Source: Chlorokybus atmophyticus
Taxonomy: Eukaryota > Plantae > Mesostigma and Chlorokybus algae
Length of the DNA stretch: 64,000 bases
Reading direction: 5' to 3'
NCBI GenBank assembly: GCA_009103225.1
Contig: RHPI01002973.1
Coordinates: 26,096-90,095, forward strand
Each line of letters begins with the position of its first letter. Position 1 is the first letter of the stretch. The translations under genes were made by a program, and so were the position numbers. Below, piece after piece: positions 59,100 through 64,000 of this stretch. The notes beneath the pieces are model-generated. The model ran no database searches, was not told the DNA's origin, and saw nothing but the letters and a program-made list of their open reading frames with translations.

Positions 59100-61954
59100 C
59101 TCACAAAGCGCATGTGAGCAGTCACATACACAACAGTGCAACCCCATGTGAAACCATGCGTCATACCAGCTGCTTGATGCAGTCCCCCTCGCAGGCGTCC
59201 CCCTGCTGATCCGCACTCTCATGAAACAAAAACCTCCCCCGAACGTGAGAAACTTTGTCAAGCCTCGCGAGCAGGCTTTCCTGTGAACACTCTCTCCTGC
59301 GAACACTCTCGGCGAAAGAGAGGTCATATTGTACTCTTTGGAGACAGCGTACGACACTCTCCAGTGAAGCGCGGACGGCGATGAGGCGTTGCGGTTCAAT
59401 GCTGCCAAGTCCAGCCTGCATGCCTGCGTGTGTACACGCCTGGTACACCAAGCACGCACACACACATGTGCGTGCGTGCGTGCGTTGATTACACTGTGTA
59501 GGACACGTAAGCACTTGGCAAGCACTTACGTGTATTGCGTGGAGTCCAGCACCTCGCCGGTGTCCGCATATTCAGACACGCGCACGGATGGATTTCTGCT
59601 TGTGTACAGTGTCATCGACCACACCCAAAGGACCTACACAAGCCACACCGTAAGTACTCCATGCTCGCCTTCCGTACAACAAGCGATTGCATGCACACGT
59701 ACGGGCACGGGAGAGTGGCGCCGTCATAAAACAGGTGGAAGTGGTCTCTATGGGTGTGTCCAAAGGCTTGCGCGATAACATCATGAAACTCCTCAACAAT
59801 GTTGGAATACCGCACACATAAAACGTCCCATCTCCGGGCGGGATATGTCCAAAAACCACCACACCTTCACACTTAACCCTCGCGGCTCTGCAGGTCAAAA
59901 CTCTCTCCAACCATGCAAACTGTCCCGTGGGGTCGTGTTCGGCTTCAACATGCCGTCGAGCACGTACCAATTGGATACGTTGTAAAGGAGGGTGTTGAGA
60001 GAGATCATTTGCAAAGTTGGGTTATGCGAAGCAGCCCGCAAGCACCGTGGCTTTGCATTCAATTGGCAACCAACGAGACCATGCTAACCATGCCACTTCG
60101 TACAACCAATCGGTTGCCGGCGCCTTAGGAAACTGAATAGCAAAACGTTGTTGCTAGAAATACGACTTGTGCAAAGCAACAATCGGTAGGCTTGCAATCT
60201 CTGATGCTTGCCTGGTCTTCGAGCATGCCGTCGTGGTTGCCGAGCGATGCGTAAACTTTCTTCCCTGCAAAAACAGCGCCGAAGCGAGAAGTCTGAGAAG
60301 TCCTTCAGATACGCCACGCTGTCCTCTCGCGTGCCTATTGCACGCACAACAACAGGCATCAACTAACCAGGGCTTGCGCATAATCCGCACACACGCGCAC
60401 GCGTTGCACATACCCTTCCATAGGATGTGGGGTACCAGGTCCCCCGTAAAGATGACAAGATCCACGCCGACGCCGTCGCCATCATCCGCTCCTTGACCCC
60501 TACCAAAGGTGGCCTGCATGGAGTCTAACAACGGAGGGGGGGGGTCGCGATAATCACCCCACCTGAGGAGAGGAAAGGCACAACCACGGCGTGTCACGCA
60601 CATGTCGGGTCCACTGCTCACATTCTCGCTACCTGCCTGCGGCGGCGGATGGCGCGCTTAACCCATCGGACTCGTGGCCCGCACATTGCGTTAGCAACCG
60701 CTAGGTACTCGTAATCAACGTGTATGTCAGTCACATGCAAAAACCTCCAAGCAACATCACATGTTGTTGTTGTCTCCCCTCTCTCAGTCTCTGCCAACAA
60801 GGACGTTGTTCTCTCTCCTCTGTGCACTGTTGTTGCTGCTGTTGCTGCTGCTGCTGTGTCCTTCTCAGCGGGTGGGAAGCACGAGGGTTCCGGTTGTTGG
60901 CCTTGCCCGCGCTTGAAGGCGCACCCCGAGGTGGTGGAGTTGTCGTCGGGACAGAAGCCGAGCTTTGTGCATACAAAGTGAGAGTCCAATGCGCGCTTTG
61001 CAAGCAGAGGCAGCACGATGGGGCCGTTGTTTCGCTTCAATAGCACCCTTGCACTGTGAGACAACAACTCAACCTCACACCGGAGTGCACTGAGACACAC
61101 TCATGCACAACCGTGCATGTACGCGCACGCACACGGATATCAAGGTGATTTGCATGCGCATGCAGCGTGACACGCATGTGCCCACGCCCACGCCCACGCA
61201 CAGTTTTTCGTACCACTTGTGGTGGTGCCAGGCGCAGGATTACGCACGTGGGTATGGCGACGTATCGGATCAATAGCGACTGCGCTTCGGGTGAGGTGGG
61301 GGGCAGGTTGCCCGCGAGGGCGACGGCATACTCGCACGCGCTGCGCAATGTTGAACCGCGCGCGAGAGACAAACTGAAAGGCTGCCAGCCGGACTCATCT
61401 CCATCCCACTTCTGCATGCGGAGTGGTGTTGGGATAGAAGAACCAGTTGGTTGGTTGATTTCACAGTCAGACTGAAGTGGCACGCATGCAGATAATGAGC
61501 GTGTGGTTGCAGTGGATGGTCAGTAACCGGTTTGAAGATTATGAGTCGCGGAGGACACGTACGTGCGGTGGAATCAGAAGCGATTGCATGCAACCCAACC
61601 GTCGGTGTATGACCGTTGCGTGCTTACTCATACATGTCGCAACTAGATTCTAATGAAATGCATGCCACAGCATCCCATGCCGCATCACACACTGCATGCA
61701 ACCTCTTTGTTCTGCTCTGTTTCCGTGGCGCGTACCTGGCGCATGCCACCGCTGCCAGCACTATCAACTACCTCCCGCAGCAGCTCCACCTAAGCGGATG
61801 CCTGAGCGCTGGCGAGCGGCAGGAGAAGCAGCAGGAGGAGGGGAAGGACAACTGCAAGCGGAACAGGCTTGATGGCCAGGGTAGCGCGGAGCGTGGTGGA
61901 CGTGCTGCGACGCAGTCGCCCGCCCTTTGATGACGACAATGAAGACAGGGACAT
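59100..61954 (-). pseudogene. Saposin-B + acid sphingomyelinase-like metallophosphoesterase, with frameshifts and stops
   Basis: Hydrophobic leader, saposin cysteines (C...VCTKLGFC), FLHVTDIHVD, VIFTGDLVPH, DPTGQFAWLE...GHIPPG, FGHTHRD, WRVSY..SKEYNMTSLSP and CEGDC. The frame switches between conserved motifs. Confidence 0.78.
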
Positions 61955-62567
61955 CCGTCGCCACCAGTAGGGTTGTAGGAAGTGAGGGGCTGTCCATAGA
62001 TACCATGTGGACCCACCCTCTGTGGTGTGGTAATAACGATACGAGCAAAGAGAATAGAGGGTAAGAATACCCTCAAACACTTACATTGCAAGTGTTACAT
62101 GAAGCACAAAATGATCACAATTGATCAAAGTACAGGTCGCGACCGGCAAATTAATGTTCGTGACCGTCAAATGCGCAATGCCGAAGTGTCCAGCCTCCGA
62201 TTGGCTGGGCGGCGAGGAACAAATAGAGGCCGTTCGCTCAAAAACATGTATGAAGACATGCACACTGAGCATACGTACCGGTTCGTGTGCACACGTGTGC
62301 AACACAAATACAAGCAAACATAAGTCGGAAAACTTAATGTATTGCAGGGGGAAGCCTGAGCAATCGCTCTTGAGCTGAACCGAAGAAACAATGAACTACT
62401 ACGTCTCTGATCATAGCCTCTAAGCTAATCTGAATAGGCTAGCTATGCAGTTAAATAAACAAAGATGCACGAAATAGCCACATTAACTACAACACGTGAC
62501 TATGCAAGTCAATGCAATGTAATATGAGAAAGGAGAAGTCATGTGGATAAAAGTCCATGCTTATATA

Positions 62568-63433
62568 GGTTAAAGCATAACCTAATTTGGTCAGACCGAG
62601 ACTTGGTGACTGAGGGGTGCGCAGAACGCGTCATTGTTATCATCATTGTTTGTGATATATCGGCGTGTGCGAAGATTTCAGCTGATGGGGCCACGGATTG
62701 CTCCGGTGGCATAAATTCCGCACTCACGGGGTTGGCTTTGCGGGAAGCCAGTTCCAGTTTAGCCGAAACTAGAACTCAGCTACAGTCAACTGAATTTTTC
62801 AATTTCATGGCATGCGCAATAATGTAAAGAAAAGCGTTTTTCACTATCTGCCGATATAAAAGGTGCACACAGCGGGACCCTCCTCCCCCCCTCTGGTTAC
62901 CCCGTGGGGCCGCATTATGGGTTAAAGCATAACCTAACTTAGTAAGACCGACTTAGTGACTGAGGGGTGCGTCACCTCTGCAGAACGCGTTGTATCATCA
63001 TTTGTGATGTATATCGGCATGTACGAAGATGTTAGCTGATGGGGCCACGGAATACAACGGTGGCATAAATTTGGCACTCACAGGGTTGGCTTTGCGGGAA
63101 GGCAGTTTGAGTTTAGCCGAAGCTGAAACTCGGCTATAGTCCACTAGATTTGTACAATCTCATGGCATGCGCATTTATGTAAACAAAAGCGGTTTTCACT
63201 ATCTGCCGATACTTGGGGTGCATACAGCGGGACCCCCCCCTCTGGCCACCCCGTGGGGCCGTATCACCCCAGCGGGCCATCGCCGCTCCTATAAGTATCT
63301 AGGATATTACAATAAAATGGACCTCAATTGGACCGAACAATTTGACCAGTTGATGAGCGCCTCGCGTGCGGCAGCACTCTGTATCGCTAATCGTCCAGGA
63401 GGGCTCATGCTTCTCGGACATGCTAGTATTTAA
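62568..63433 (+). mobile_element. Decayed LINE RT fragment with a ~352-bp tandem duplication
   Basis: Units start at 62568 and about 62920. A degenerate LAFAxD is followed by MRIYVNKS...YKYLG...LNW (RT domains 5-7). Confidence 0.7.
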
Positions 63434-64000
63434 ACCATGTCCCGAGCTACAAGCATTGACCTTGAGCATTTCTCAAACACCGTTGTACTTCCCGTGTTAT
63501 CGGCATCAGCCGGTTGCTCACAATTGACCACTCAATAAGCCGTCCCCGCAGTCTTCAACACATAGGGTAAATGTCCCTAACTTGGGGAGAATTTGAGGTT
63601 TTAAGGGTGTAGCGGGCGGGGTAGTTGTTATTTGGCGGACATGTATATGTGTTTTGTGTAGCTTAGGTTTTTCCCTACACATCCATATTTATTTTGGATT
63701 TTTTGACCCATCATAACGTGAGATACAGCGCGCCAAAGTTGGGGTGTGAGGGGCGTCAGCTGAAAAGTCCTCAAGCCCTAACTTGGGGACTCGAGACAGC
63801 TGCCAAAGGGTGTCAGCCTGTGCCAGCCTTTGGTGATGGCTATCACCTTGCACTCCCGCAGCCATTTCGAAGCGGCTGGGGCCTGCTGTGGCAGGCTGGG
63901 GTGGCAGGCGCTTCACAACCTTGATTGCTGTGATGTGCAGGCCATCCCCTTGCAGGCATTCTTTGCCGCCAAGGCGTTGGCTTTGGCGGCAAACAATGCT

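Overview
Eukaryotic, intron-rich and heavily transposon-laden window, most likely from a green alga (inferred from the splice signals, Osser/copia-type primer sites, PHD-bearing Ty3/gypsy elements and a Penelope-like RT). About 1-47 kb is a nest of mobile elements: two En/Spm (CACTA)-type DNA transposons, two PHD-finger Ty3/gypsy copies, many Ty1/copia fragments, solo LTRs and non-autonomous LTR elements, plus Penelope-like and LINE remnants. About 48-62 kb holds a frameshifted DnaJ/DNAJ-X gene, a degenerate saposin + acid-sphingomyelinase gene and a long (GA)n tract. It also holds two divergent, intact paralogous genes encoding transit-peptide-like N-termini plus a PD-(D/E)XK fold, one catalytically intact and one apparently dead. 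The strongest leads are (i) a CACTA transposon whose second gene encodes a long coiled coil ending in a KEN/HEPN-like RNase motif, (ii) the active/inactive organelle-targeted nuclease pair, (iii) a very young Gag-protease-only copia element and (iv) a conserved LTR-21 bp-LTR junction in both gypsy families. All domain calls are by-eye motif matches, no searches were run, and many coordinates are approximate.
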